Source: Nymphaea colorata
Lineage: Eukaryota
DNA length: 64,000 bases
Assembly: GCF_008831285.2 (NCBI RefSeq)
Contig: NC_045138.2
Coordinates: forward strand, 3,224,001 to 3,288,000
Reading direction: 5' to 3'
Each line of letters starts with the position of its first letter. The stretch's first letter is position 1. Below the pieces are notes generated by a model that was not told the origin of the DNA, did not search any database, and saw nothing but the letters and a program-made list of their open reading frames with translations. A program made the translations under genes and the position numbers. Shown one piece after another: positions 52,041 through 64,000 of this stretch.

Positions 52041-52718
52041 TGGTAAAGACAAGACTGACAAAAAGCAGACCTATTGAAATGAATTATTAAAATAGTTTTT
52101 TGAAATTAAGGTATGATCTTAAGAGTGATTTGCTGAAAAGCATATCTTATGTTACTTTTTTTTTTACTTCATTTATGTTTTTTAATATTAAAAAAATGAA
52201 TGGCTCTTATAACATTAAAATTTTGGTAGTATAAGGATCAATCTCTTTACAAAAATGATTCCAACTAAAACATAATTTATATTAAATTAGTGTTTGTAAA
52301 TAATTAAAAGATTCATATTTTGTTTAAAACATGTTTTAACATGAATTTAAGAGGTCTGGTCTTTATAATATATATATAGCTGATTTGGGTAAAATGATAG
52401 GAATCGAATGGAATAAGCAACAATTCTCTGGGAAGACCTGGCGAATCGAATATAAGATATATTTTACTAAATAAAGAAGAATACTTAAAAACATTTAAGA
52501 TCGATATCGATCGAAACCGTTCTGATTTATAATCAAGAGGACGCCACATATTGGTTGATATAAACGAGAAACACCGACATTAACACCAACGGAAGCGCAC
52601 ACGACGAGTTCAAGAACCAAACTCGCTGCTATCATATGCGATAAAGCCGGTCCGTTGGTGGGGAGCCCTACATTTTCTCCAACTTTTTGCTCTCTCTCTC
52701 TCTCTCTCTCTCTCAACA

Positions 52719-53090
52719 ATGGCGTCTGTAGAAGAATGGCGGCCTCAATGGTAAGCAACTTCAAAAAAAGAAGAAGAAGAAGAAGATAACTTGCCCAATG
52801 GCAGCACATAGATCTTCAATAGAGGAACTTATCTCTCTCCTTTCTCTGTGTACAGGCTTTCCGCGATTAGGCTCCCACCTGATCTCATCCTCCACGTCCA
52901 CGGCTGCACTTTTCGCCTTCACAAGGTAAGTAAGCAGAGTAAAGAAGAACGAAGCCGTCTCGCCTTTCTTCTTATTCTTTGTCTGTAACTTTACCCGCAC
53001 TTCTCTCACATTGTTTTAAGGCTGATCGTCCTTAAGCTCATCATCTGGCTGTCTGTGTAATAGATTCCCATGGATTGACGGCGGGAGGAA

Positions 53091-53132
<42 letters not shown>

Positions 53133-53239
53133 CATTTCTATGGCCCCTCAGTACATTGGGGCATGTGCATTAAGGTCACCTGCCCGGTGGTTCATCGGGC
53201 AGCCGGTGATAGAGGGACGCAACTTAATCCCCACGATAT

Positions 53240-53293
<54 letters not shown>

Positions 53294-56021
53294 AGAGAGG
53301 GTGGATGGAGCCAGAATGGGTCAAGAACATGGTTATAAACACTGGAAATGTTTACGAAGCAAGCTTCCCTTTTCTTGCCATTCCTAACATCAAGATGAAT
53401 CTCTATTTCGCAAGTTAAATAAAAAAGCCACTTCTTGGTGCTTTCGTCAAGGAGGGAAGGCTTGAGGAAACTGGTCGTGCATGCATTTTTTAATGAAAAA
53501 CTTGCATCTCACTAACTCTATTCATCTCAAATTTCTACTATCTCGCCTTGCTTATGATATCCTCTGTCTCCTCAATGTGCTTTATTGTTTTTAACATGTT
53601 ATTCTACTAACAAGTACACATGCAGTTTCTCATTAACCATTTTCCTACATTTTTATTCATTTTCTTATTTTATTTGTTAATTTATATTTCTTATGCTACT
53701 ATCTCCACTTATATTCCTCCTTACATATATATATATTCTTGCAAAAATATGTTTGCTCCTAGCAAATTTTGAGACTCATTTTCTACTTCTGCTCTGTTTA
53801 TGCATCTTCCGTGATGGCAACTATTGTCTCGATTGTAGTTTGGCCTTCATCTCAACGCCCTTCACGCCCCCGTTCCACCAATTTTATGCAAGATAAACCA
53901 AAATATAGAATAAACTTATGCATTTTCACAATAACTTCATTCAAGCATAAGAAGTAGACGAGTTCAACTTTTGCTCCTTGCGAACTAGAAATCGACATAT
54001 TTTTGTCTCTCCTACCTTGAATCTCTGCCACTGTCTTTTCCTTGTCCTTGTCTTCAAAAGGCAGTAAATGAACATGATCACGTACTGGCAGTGTCCAATC
54101 TCTCTCTCTTGATCCTCTTGAGAGTTGTTATAGATGCTGGACATTGATAATTCCCTCAATCCTCCAAGGAATAGACCACTTAATAGGCCTATTCCTGACA
54201 GTTAAGCCTCGGGTTGTCTGCGGTCCCTATGACTGAAGGACAACACCATGAACAAGCTTAATTTGAAGCTGTATCATTAGGATCAAATAAGAACTTGAAC
54301 ACCATTCACACTTCTCTCCTTTTCACCTGTCATAATGAACAATTCAGCAAAATCTCAAGCCTAACATTTTGCATTAATTATTGTTTTTGCTAACGATGGC
54401 CATTATAGTTGAAGTTATTTTCCCATTTTTTAAAGATTGTCTTCCATATTATGTGCAGTTCCCCATGGTATCCAGATCTGGGAAACTTGCAGAGCTCCTC
54501 TCAGAGACACCCCATGGTGAACCCCTTCGACTCTCGCTTACAGGTATCCCGGCAGATGCCCCGACTTTTGAGACAGTAGCAAAGTTCTGCTATGGGCATG
54601 ACGTGCTGATAACTCCAGCCAACTTCCTCTCTCTCTACACTGTTGCATCTTATCTCCAGATGACAGATTCCTTCTGTCATGATAACCTCCAAAACAAGAC
54701 CATTGCTTTCTTTCATAACAGAGTGATCCATGACTGGAACAGCTGCATTGCAGTCCTCAAGAGTTGCCAGAAGAAGCAGAAGTTGTCATATGTGCAGAAG
54801 CCTCTGCTCATTCCCATCATCCGCGAATGCCTAAGCTCAATAGCGGAAATGGCCTCCCATGATCCATCTCTTCTTGGGCCCCCACTTGAAAACCCGGCAC
54901 TTTCGCAGCAGGCTCAGAGGATCACTGCTGGAAGGAGAAGAAGACTATTTGATTCGGACAGGCAAGATCTGATCACACTGGACATTGGATACTATGAACT
55001 TGCAATGATATCAATCAAGGAACACAGTGTGCCGGCTGAATATATTTCTGGATCTTTACTCCGGTATGTTCGAGAGAGGCTGCGTGTTAACGAAGAAGAC
55101 TTCATGCCCGAGATTCTAGAGACAATAGAGAGCATAATGCCCATCCAAACAGGCATAATTCCTTGTAAATATCTCATTGAAATGCTTCGATGGGCAATCA
55201 CATTCCAAGCATCTGAAAAATGTCAGGAAAGTCTTCAGCAACGGATTGGGAAACAGCTCGATGAGGTTGATCTCCAGGATCTATTGATACCATCCAGTGC
55301 ATACTCACAGCAGACCAAGTACGATATAGAGTGCGTATCCAGAATTTTCAAGAGCTACAGTGAGAGCTGCCATGATGTTGATATCGAGACATTATCAAGG
55401 GCTTATGCACTGGTTGATAATTTTCTTCTGGAGGCAGCAAAAGATGAGAATCTGAATGTCAAGGAGTTTGTCAAGCTCATTGAATGCTGCCCCAATGATC
55501 CAAGGAGGTGCAGTGATGGGCTGTACAGAGCCATTGAAATATTCGTCGATGTGCATGGATATCTAACTGAATCAGAGAAGGAGAGGGTGTGTCAAATGCT
55601 TGATTGTCAAAATTTAACATGGGAGGCATGTGCACATGCAATGATGAACCAAAGGATGCCGGTGCGCGTGCTTGCAAACATCGTCTTCATGGGGCAATTG
55701 CACTTGAGGAATACCATTGTTAACAGTGATGTTGGTGATGATAAAGCACAAGAGTGTGGTGGCAGTGGCAGTGGCAGTGGCAGTGGTGGCAGCGGCGGTG
55801 TTGGTGGCATCAGCACCGGAAACAGTGGGAGTGATCATCACAATTATGATGTGAGGGCGCTCAGAGCGGAGATGGAGAGGATGGATATGAAGGTGATGGA
55901 GTTAGTGCGGGTAGGACGGAGTGAGAAAAGGAGCTTTTGGAGGGAGTTGAAAGCCATACTAGGGTGTGGAAGGAGTCTTAGAGTACATGATTCTTATAAA
56001 GACAAGGACCATCCAAATTAA
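52719..56021 (+). CDS. NPH3/RPT2-like (NRL) BTB/POZ-NPH3 domain protein, 3 exons, ~554 aa
   Basis: Exons 52719-52750, 52856-52925 (70 nt, ...PDLILHVHGCTFRLHK) and 54459-56021 (FPMVSRSGKL...FETVAKFCYG...DGLYRAIEIFV...LDCQNLT.EACAHA..NQRMPVR). GT-AG introns, phases consistent, 1665 nt. Confidence 0.9.
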
Positions 56022-56891
56022 TTTTTTATGTTACTTTTTTTAAAATATTGATTTAATTAAACTTTATTTTTTGTCGCTAATTTGAGTTGTGGGTACTATT
56101 GCTAATTGTCTGACAACTTTGCTTGTTTAAGCTTGAGTTCAACATCCCAGCATGATCAATTATGAACACTGCAGAATCATCACTTGTTAGACCCATGTGC
56201 ATCAGCAACACAAGAAGACATAAGCACAGATCGTCTTTCACCAAATAAAGCAATTGCATTGCACCGCAGGTTCAAATTCTAAGTTCTTGAAAACATCGGA
56301 TACAGAACTGTGACAAATCATGAAGATATACTGATGGCATTAATTCGCAAGTTTATGGACGAACTCCGTCGCTCAAACAACACTCGCTTTTTGGCTCGAT
56401 GGGCTCTTTGGCTCTGTGACACCTGATACAACGTCAGAGCAGGCTCTCACCGTCTTCTCAGCTGCAAAGGCAAATCCCTAAGCATGGCCACCAAATACCA
56501 CACTCCTAAACGTGTCCCACCTCGTCACAGGGCGATATCAGTGCCCTGAAGTTAAAAACTTTTGCATCGCCATATCTTATTGCGGGCTCATCCAGGACAA
56601 TGATGAGGATGCATTGCACGTTTTTGGTCTTTTAACATTTTTCTCAAACAACTAATAGCTTTTGATAGCATTTCTCAAAGCCACTACAAAAGGTTACATG
56701 CTTTTCATCGCTTAAACCGCTCAGCAGAAGATGCATGACCGATGGAAAGTTCCCAAGCCTCTGAAATGAGATTAAATTACAAGTGAAATGCAGCAGTTTC
56801 TAGACCAAATGCACCATGAGAACAAAGCCCTTTCAATATGGTGGGTACACTGTGCATGGTTAATCACCGAACGTACACATGCTTCAACAAA

Positions 56892-59800
56892 CTATACAGT
56901 TAAAGATGCACCATTATCATCTGCAGTTAGCCGAAGTATCATTGCAGCAGCATTAGGAGCCCTGGTTAAAAGAAGAAACATTCCATTGAGAGAGAGGAAG
57001 ACGACTGCATAATTACCATTTAACATACCATTGCAATGGATTATCAAAGATAAAATTCTACAAAAAGCATCCTTCATATGAGTAGATAGATTCAAAATAT
57101 CTATCATGGAGGAAGCCTTGAAATCAAGCTCTGCTCCTTAAGCATGAGCTTTCTAATGGCATGCACAAATTCCTTTTAACTGTCTGCAATAACCTTAAAC
57201 TATCATGATGGCAAAGGGCACAAGAATATTTCATATAATAGCACCGGAGTTCATGATATATGGTAAAAAAGAAAAAAAAAGAAATAAATTACCAGGTTTC
57301 AGTTGATTGGTACAGTTCGGCTGATTCACCAAAACATGAATGAAGCAATTCCGTGTTTATAACACCAGGACTAAGTGCAACAATCGCGATCCCCGGAGGC
57401 ACCTCTTTTGCCACGGAGCGAGAAAGGCCCTCGATTGCCCACTTTGAAGCACAATAAGGTGCAACCTGGTGATACATCAAGGTGAATCATCCTTAACCAG
57501 TAAATAAATGGAACAAACCAAATTACTTACAATTTCCAGCAAACATGGTTATGTATTTCTAAAGCCTTTCCAAATGAGAAATCTTTTGAAACAGCACATT
57601 TATAAGCACACCCAAGTTAGTTGTCGAGCTACTTAGTGCAAAACACTTTTTTCGTCAGCCATTTTTCACCATTTCTGTCTTCTATGTCATCTGAGAAAAC
57701 TGTCTTTACCTTAGACACGCCATCACTGACAGTACTAAGTGAACAAAGAAGATCCATTTTACCTGTGCAGCAGCTGATCTGCCCCAACCAGATGAAAAAT
57801 TGACGATCACCCCATGCTTCCTTTGTATCATCGCAGGCAAAAAATGACGCATAACATTGGCTGTACCTTTTATATTTGTATCTATAACATTGTCAAACTC
57901 TTCCAAAGGCACGTCCCAGATCTTATTGTTTTTATTAATGGCACCGGCATTATTTACTGGGCAAACAAAGAAGTTGAAAAACTTAATCAACATTCTGGAA
58001 CTGAAAATGACACATTGACTCACATCTTTGAATGCAATATCTCAAGAAAGATACGAAAAGAAAGAACAAGAAAAATTTAAATAAAAATATACAAGGGATC
58101 TAAAATTGGTTTTTTTATGCTCATCAACGAGAAAAAAACATTAATATCTGAGACAAGCTGTTTCCATCATATAATAGTTATGTCCATCAGTTAAATTCCT
58201 CGTTGCCTCCCAACATCATAGAAAACAGCCTCATACTTCTTAAAGTAGAATAAGCTTTGTCAAGAAGGGCAGGAAATCAAAACAGTAGTTAGCTGCTTGC
58301 TCAAACTAGAGATTCATGGCTTTACGGCAATTCAGGGATTCATGGCACTGGATGAAACAAGTACAAAGGCATGGTGTAAGAGAAACCTATTTGTTTATGT
58401 TCTAAAAAGAGAACTGGATAACCCACTCATATCATAAAACTTACAAAAGTACCTTTTATGCAGTAGCCAGGACATTGTATTTATGCCCATCGATCATTTA
58501 CATGCCCTTGTGACGAGGTTCCAGTCTAGGCATCCCATCTAGCACATGTAGCCAACCTATATGCACCAGAATGACTAAACTGAATAAATAATTCCTCAAT
58601 TAAATTTTTTCTCAGTTAATAATACATCATTCTGGTTTTTCTTCACCTAGTGCATCGACCTCTTTGTATGAGATGGTGATACTATTTGAGTTAGATTCCT
58701 TTTTCCAAGTTCAGGATCAATTTGACTGTCATTGTTCTTCACTTGACAAGACATACTCATTTTTACCTTTCTTCATTCGCATACTTCTCGGTCGATTATT
58801 TAGATAAAGCACAACAGAAATATTCCACCTCTTAAATGTAATTGGTTAAGAATTATCAGCTCCAGAATTTGTGATTCAAACGATATTAATGTTGTGCTAG
58901 TTTAGATTAACAATCCTATCTGCTCACATGTGCAGTAGTCCGTTCCCTCGTCAACTTTTGAGAACTACATCATCATGTGACATATACCACTAATGCTATA
59001 TGAGAGGGTGTAAACTGCAAACAGAAACAAGGAAGGAATCAAGGTGCAACACTGTGATCACTTCCACATTGGGGGTACACTATCAGCTCCATAAGCAATC
59101 TTACAGATTCATGTCACATTGTCACTAGTAGGCTTCTCTTCACATTTCCCATGAAAGAGTTAGAGAAAGTAGGATGTAATGTAACACAAGATGTATGTGC
59201 TACTACCCTTGATCTTGAAAAACCAACTTGACGCCAACCCACCATTACGTAACCATATAGTATAGTAAAAAGAACAATCAAAAGAAAAGGAACAATCTTT
59301 GTCATGAACAAGGCTCTGCATGAAGTCTCTGACATATATGATCCTTGAAAGGGTAAGCGGTCTCACGCATTAATCCCTACAGGTGCCTTCTTAGTTGACC
59401 CCCCATTCCCACCAAATTCTACAATTTTTCTCCTAATTTTGCAATATACTAAACTATTTATACCAATTTCAACAAACTCATTGTCATGGTTGTAGCGCTT
59501 ATGCAAAAAAAAGTCGCTGAACAAGAACGACAATCATTTTCAAGTGGACAACAAAGAGGTAATGAGAAAGAGCTCCACACAAATACGTTGAAATAAAGAA
59601 ACAAGATATCATTTCATTAAGAAATCACAAAATGAGTGAAAATGATGGAAAGCAGCCAACTTAATACGACAGTAACGAACCTATGATATCAGGACAGCCC
59701 CTCTTCTCCAAGACGCTCTTTGCGACCTCCGCAATAGCACTATCCGATCTCTGGAACAAAAAAGGGCATTGCCAGTACATATTTTCTTACTCACAAAAGT

Positions 59801-60167
59801 AAAGCAACCACTGAAAAAATCTACTAAGAAATAGAACGCCCAAAATGGCGAACTTCAAAAAAATGCTGCATTAGTGCATTAGTTGTAGACTATAAGAAGA
59901 TTGCTACGAACTCTTCGTGAAAATCCATTCAATGAAGGGAGAGAAACCAACCACGTCGGCGGTGAAGAGGGAATGGGAGAGCTCAGGGTCGATGGAGGAC
60001 AGAAGGGAGGAGAGGGAGTTAACGTGCTCCTCCGTCTTGGAGCAGCCGGCGACGTTGTGGCCCCTCTTCGCCAACTCCACGGCCAGCGCCCTCCCTAGCC
60101 CCCTCCCAATCCCCGTCACAAACACCAACTTCCTCTTCGTCGCCGCTGCTGCCGCCTCCGGTGCCAT
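56892..60167 (-). CDS. Short-chain dehydrogenase/reductase, NADPH-dependent pterin aldehyde reductase-like, 5 exons, ~240 aa
   Basis: Minus-strand exons 60167-59952, 59750-59681, 57956-57763, 57465-57293, 56961-56892; 723 nt. It has the TGxxxGxG motif (TGIGRGLG), NNAG, catalytic S...YCASK, and the C-terminus ADDNGASLTV typical of the plant PTAR-like SDR. Confidence 0.9.
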
Positions 60168-61503
60168 TGATCGCCGTCTCTCCCTCGGCCGTGAAGCGCA
60201 GAGGAACAACGGACTGGAGCGTCCCGTTCTTGGGGTCGAGACGGCAATCGGCAGGTGCGGCGTATCCCCACCCCTCGGCCTTGCCGACCTTCCTCCCGTC
60301 GGAGCAACGGTACGGGCTTCTGGTCCACCGACCCGGGTAGGAACCGGATCCAAATGGCCACCAAGTCGGGTTCGGATATTCAACCCAGACCCGAAACCGT
60401 ACCCACGCTGGGCATACGGTGTGTGTGCCAGCGTCGGTCAATTATCGCAGCAACATATTGTGGCATGTAGTCATTCATTTCTTAAGAATATGCATGGAAA
60501 TATAAAAATAATTAACTAAATATACAAGTCTTTTATATAGATAGAAACATGTTAATATATTTATCAATTCAATTTTTTGCACGAAAACAAATTACACATG
60601 GTTAGAGAGATTTACTCACAGTGTCAATACATATATATATATAGTATGTTCTTATGAATATATGAACAAAATTTAAATTGAAAGGAAAAGTGCTGACAAA
60701 GGAATATGAGCGCGCTAATTTTTAATATCTAACAATGCAATTGTGACTTATTTTTTAACACACTTTTTCTTAAAAATAAATTGGATTGCACAAAAGTCCA
60801 AGAGTAATTCTTTTTAAGGATCATATTTAAACTTTAGTTTTTGAATCACAAAATGTGATTTACTTTTGGTTATAGTTTCCATCCTATAGAATCTGCCTGC
60901 ACAATTAGATTTAAAATTTGAAAAAATGGGATATGAAAAAAGAGGTTGGGATGCTTAAAAAAAGATCTGATTAAAAAATCAAATCAGATTCAAATATAAG
61001 TAAATATCTAATTGGATTTGAATTCGGATTCAGATCATATTTAATTTTAAATAAACACTCCACACCCAACGCCCTTACATTTTCAAAACTGACTTGATTC
61101 TGTTTAGAAATCCAATTTGGATTTAGATATAAATTTAAAAATCAAATTTTGATCAGATTGGGATTGTGGAATTGGATTTCAGATTCAGATATGAATATGA
61201 ATTTTCTTCGTCTAAATATGTGAACATCCAAAAAGCATATACAATGAAAAGTGTATCTGATTTAAATACGATCCACTGACATCCATATCTATACAAATAA
61301 GATCGAAGGATCTACAAAGACAGGCATCTAATATTTTAGAAAGAGAAGAAATCCAATGGGAAACCAAAATTCTTGCAACAGTATAGGCCAGCGAGAAAGT
61401 AATGTAAATGTTGTCATGAGTAAAGTACCTGTTTTCTCTGTAGATGAAGACAGATTCTAGAGATTTAATATGCAGCTCTTTCATTATTATTTGCAGTCAA
61501 ATC

Positions 61504-61564
<61 letters not shown>

Positions 61565-61773
61565 ATAAAAGGTCCGGTACCCGGCCCAGGCCCGACGGGG
61601 GCCCGATCTGGCCCAATAACTTTTAATTTTTATTATTCGGTCATCGAATATACCAGGTCTACCGGTCAAATGATCAAATGGTTTTGGTGGACTGTCCATT
61701 GACCACCTATGATCCTAAAATCAGTGGTTTTGATGGGTTGTCCGTTAGGCCATATATGAATTTAGAGTCATAG

Positions 61774-61836
<63 letters not shown>

Positions 61837-62532
61837 AATGTAGAATTTTAAAGTCACTAAGTTATCTAATATGCACTATTCGAAGTTAAGAAAAAATAAG
61901 AAAAAAATGTGATGAGCATGTATTTTTACATTTTTTTTGTTGTTGTTTTTCTCTCAACCATCCAACTGTTTTATATAGACTGCTTCAGTTAGATGTGTGT
62001 GTAAGTGCACGTGCACAATACACATATCTAATAATATGAGATATCCAATCAATTTTATTGGTTTCCATAGAATGCAAAGTTGGTTTCTTTGTAGTCAAGG
62101 CACTATCGGATGTCACAGCAATATCAATGGAATGATTTGTAATTAGTATATTACATAATATTTGCATCTACTTTATATAGAATATGTGTGATTTATTAAA
62201 TACGTGACCTAAGTAAATATGATAATTTTTTGTGCCTTGCCATTGACTATTAGTTGGCCAATCAGTCTAATTAATAATTTACTAGGAGTGAAATTAAAGT
62301 TGCTTTTCAACAAAATGTTAACAATTTCTTTGATTTTAAAAGCAACTATACATGTGTTATCTTGTGAATTATTTGTAAAGTTAACCGAAAGTCTCATAAT
62401 CAGTGCACATGGTTATTCCATTTATTTGGTTCTACATGTTTCATGTATAAACATTAGATGCACTTACATTGAAGAAAAACTTGCGACCAAGTCATTCGAA
62501 TGTTGGATCGCCGTCAGTTTAACATGCTCCAC

Positions 62533-62742
62533 ATCGGATTCATTTTTAGACAAATATCTTATATCTAATGCTATTAAAATTTGAAAATTGGCAACGGATA
62601 TAAATGTAAAAAATCGGTTTCGCATCGGATTCAGATTGTAAAATCGGTTTTGGATACAATTTTTCTTTATTCGAATCTGAATAAGTGAATATCTGAAAAA
62701 ACGGATATGACTAAGGATATATCCGATCCGTTGTCATCCCTA
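62533..62742. mobile_element. Right half of the same ATCCGA-rich hAT MITE family
   Basis: ATCGGATTCATTTTTAGACAAATATC...ATCCGATCCGTTGTCATCCCTA is collinear with 31034-31273. Confidence 0.75.
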
Positions 62743-62940
62743 CTTGAATGGGAGGGTCAGAAATTGTTCTTTTTTTAGTCTTCTGCAAATTCATAAATTT
62801 GTGGCTAGGGTTTTTTTAGTTCCACCTTCACAATCAGAAGCCGGCGGCCTATCCGCATTCTTGACTCAACTTACTCTAAACTCAAAAAAGAGAATATATA
62901 TAATATCTCTCACAAAAAGTAGAAGGCTCAAATGCCCCGA

Positions 62941-63171
62941 GGGGTGGTAGCGTACTGGGTGGCAAGGTGGTCTGACTCTTCTAAGGACTCAGGTTTGAGC
63001 CTTAGAGTGGTCATTGTCACATCCCAATGTGCTCTACCTCTGGACCGTAAAAGATCCCAAAGCATGCTTCTTGAAAACCTAGGGGGGTGGACAGAGGAGC
63101 GGGTGGGTGCGCTTGACTAGGTAGGGGTGATGTTCAATGTTTAAATCTCTTTGCTACCTCTTTCTTTAAAA
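62941..63171 (+). mobile_element. tRNA-derived SINE-like element
   Basis: Pol III box A-like TAGCGTACTGG (~62948) and box B-like GGTTTGAGCC (~62992) at tRNA-like spacing, then a ~170-bp body and a short A tail. No clear TSD. Confidence 0.55.
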
Positions 63172-63308
63172 ACTAATTTTTTTTAATGAAACTCTCAGCT
63201 TAGCTCAAGCCAATCCTCGCCTCGAGCTTAACCCAGGTCGAGTTTTATCTTAGGACACTGAGTTTCACTCATGGACAGCCCTGCAATTGTGGCTGCAACA
63301 CCAAACTT

Positions 63309-63342
<34 letters not shown>

Positions 63343-64000
63343 GTAGCATTTATTCATTGGCGCTGGGATCCATGTTAACCAACATCACAAGAAAGAGGAG
63401 AAGGGATAGAATTTGGATGGAATATATGGAAGCAGCAACGGCTGGGAAGATAAAGAGAGAATGGTTGTCAACTAGTGCCTCACCAGTTGGATATTCCTCC
63501 AAATATCCACATGTACGTTTTCTCGCTATATCTTCAATTCTTCAACTATGTCCACTCTTTTTGCACCCCACCACTCAATTCTCCATCCTCCTTCTCTGAT
63601 TCTGTTCTTCTTCCTTCTTTTCTTTTCCTTCTCCTTCCTTCAATGGTCGGCAAATTATCATATCTTTTCAGCCATATCTAACTAGCCATTGTGTCGGCCG
63701 AGCCCACAGAAGGTCCTGTCTCGAACAGTTCGATCAACTAAGCCCATAAGGGGTGGGTGCGGGCCCACTGCGGCATAGGCTGGTACGCGGTCCAATTCTT
63801 CACCTAGTGTGGTCTCACACTTTTACCATGAGGGTGTTGAAAAGGGGAGCCAAAATGGAGGTTAAAGAAGGAGATATTTTCCACATATAAATCCATTTTT
63901 TTCATTGAATTTATATCTCATATCTTGTGAATTGGAAGCCAAATGCATTAAAGGTTTGCTGTATAATCTTAATTATGGAATTATGTCATTTTTATATTCA

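Noticed and set aside
59917..60519. 200-aa plus-strand ORF
   Set aside because: It is the antisense shadow of GC-rich SDR exon 1 and its promoter, with no recognisable motif.

Overview
AT-rich, intron-rich flowering-plant nuclear DNA; the species cannot be fixed from the sequence alone. I reconstructed six protein-coding genes exon by exon from splice signals and reading-frame continuity: CNOT11 (+, 12 exons), an intronless BPS1/DUF793-like gene (+), an RBM7-like RRM gene (-), a CUE-like/SMR-domain gene (+), an NPH3/BTB (NRL) gene (+) and a pterin-aldehyde-reductase-like SDR (-). Intergenic and intronic DNA holds several hAT-type MITEs, a solo-LTR-like element, a tRNA-derived SINE, LINE-like debris, tandem duplications and microsatellites. 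Four observations stand out. (1) The N-terminal module of the SMR gene is quadruplicated in frame (777/780/783-bp spacing), giving eight CUE-like helical motifs ahead of an intact SMR domain, a Cue2/N4BP2-like layout. (2) A 1.15-kb hAT element with a perfect 8-bp TSD carries an intact-frame fragment of a host Rossmann-fold (RmlD/MAT2B-like) gene, i.e. a Pack-hAT, and is nested in an older element. (3) CNOT11 has a 96-nt, stop-free, in-frame GC-AG intron. (4) Three RNA-decay/surveillance genes lie within about 46 kb. Family assignments come from motifs I recognised by eye, not from database searches.
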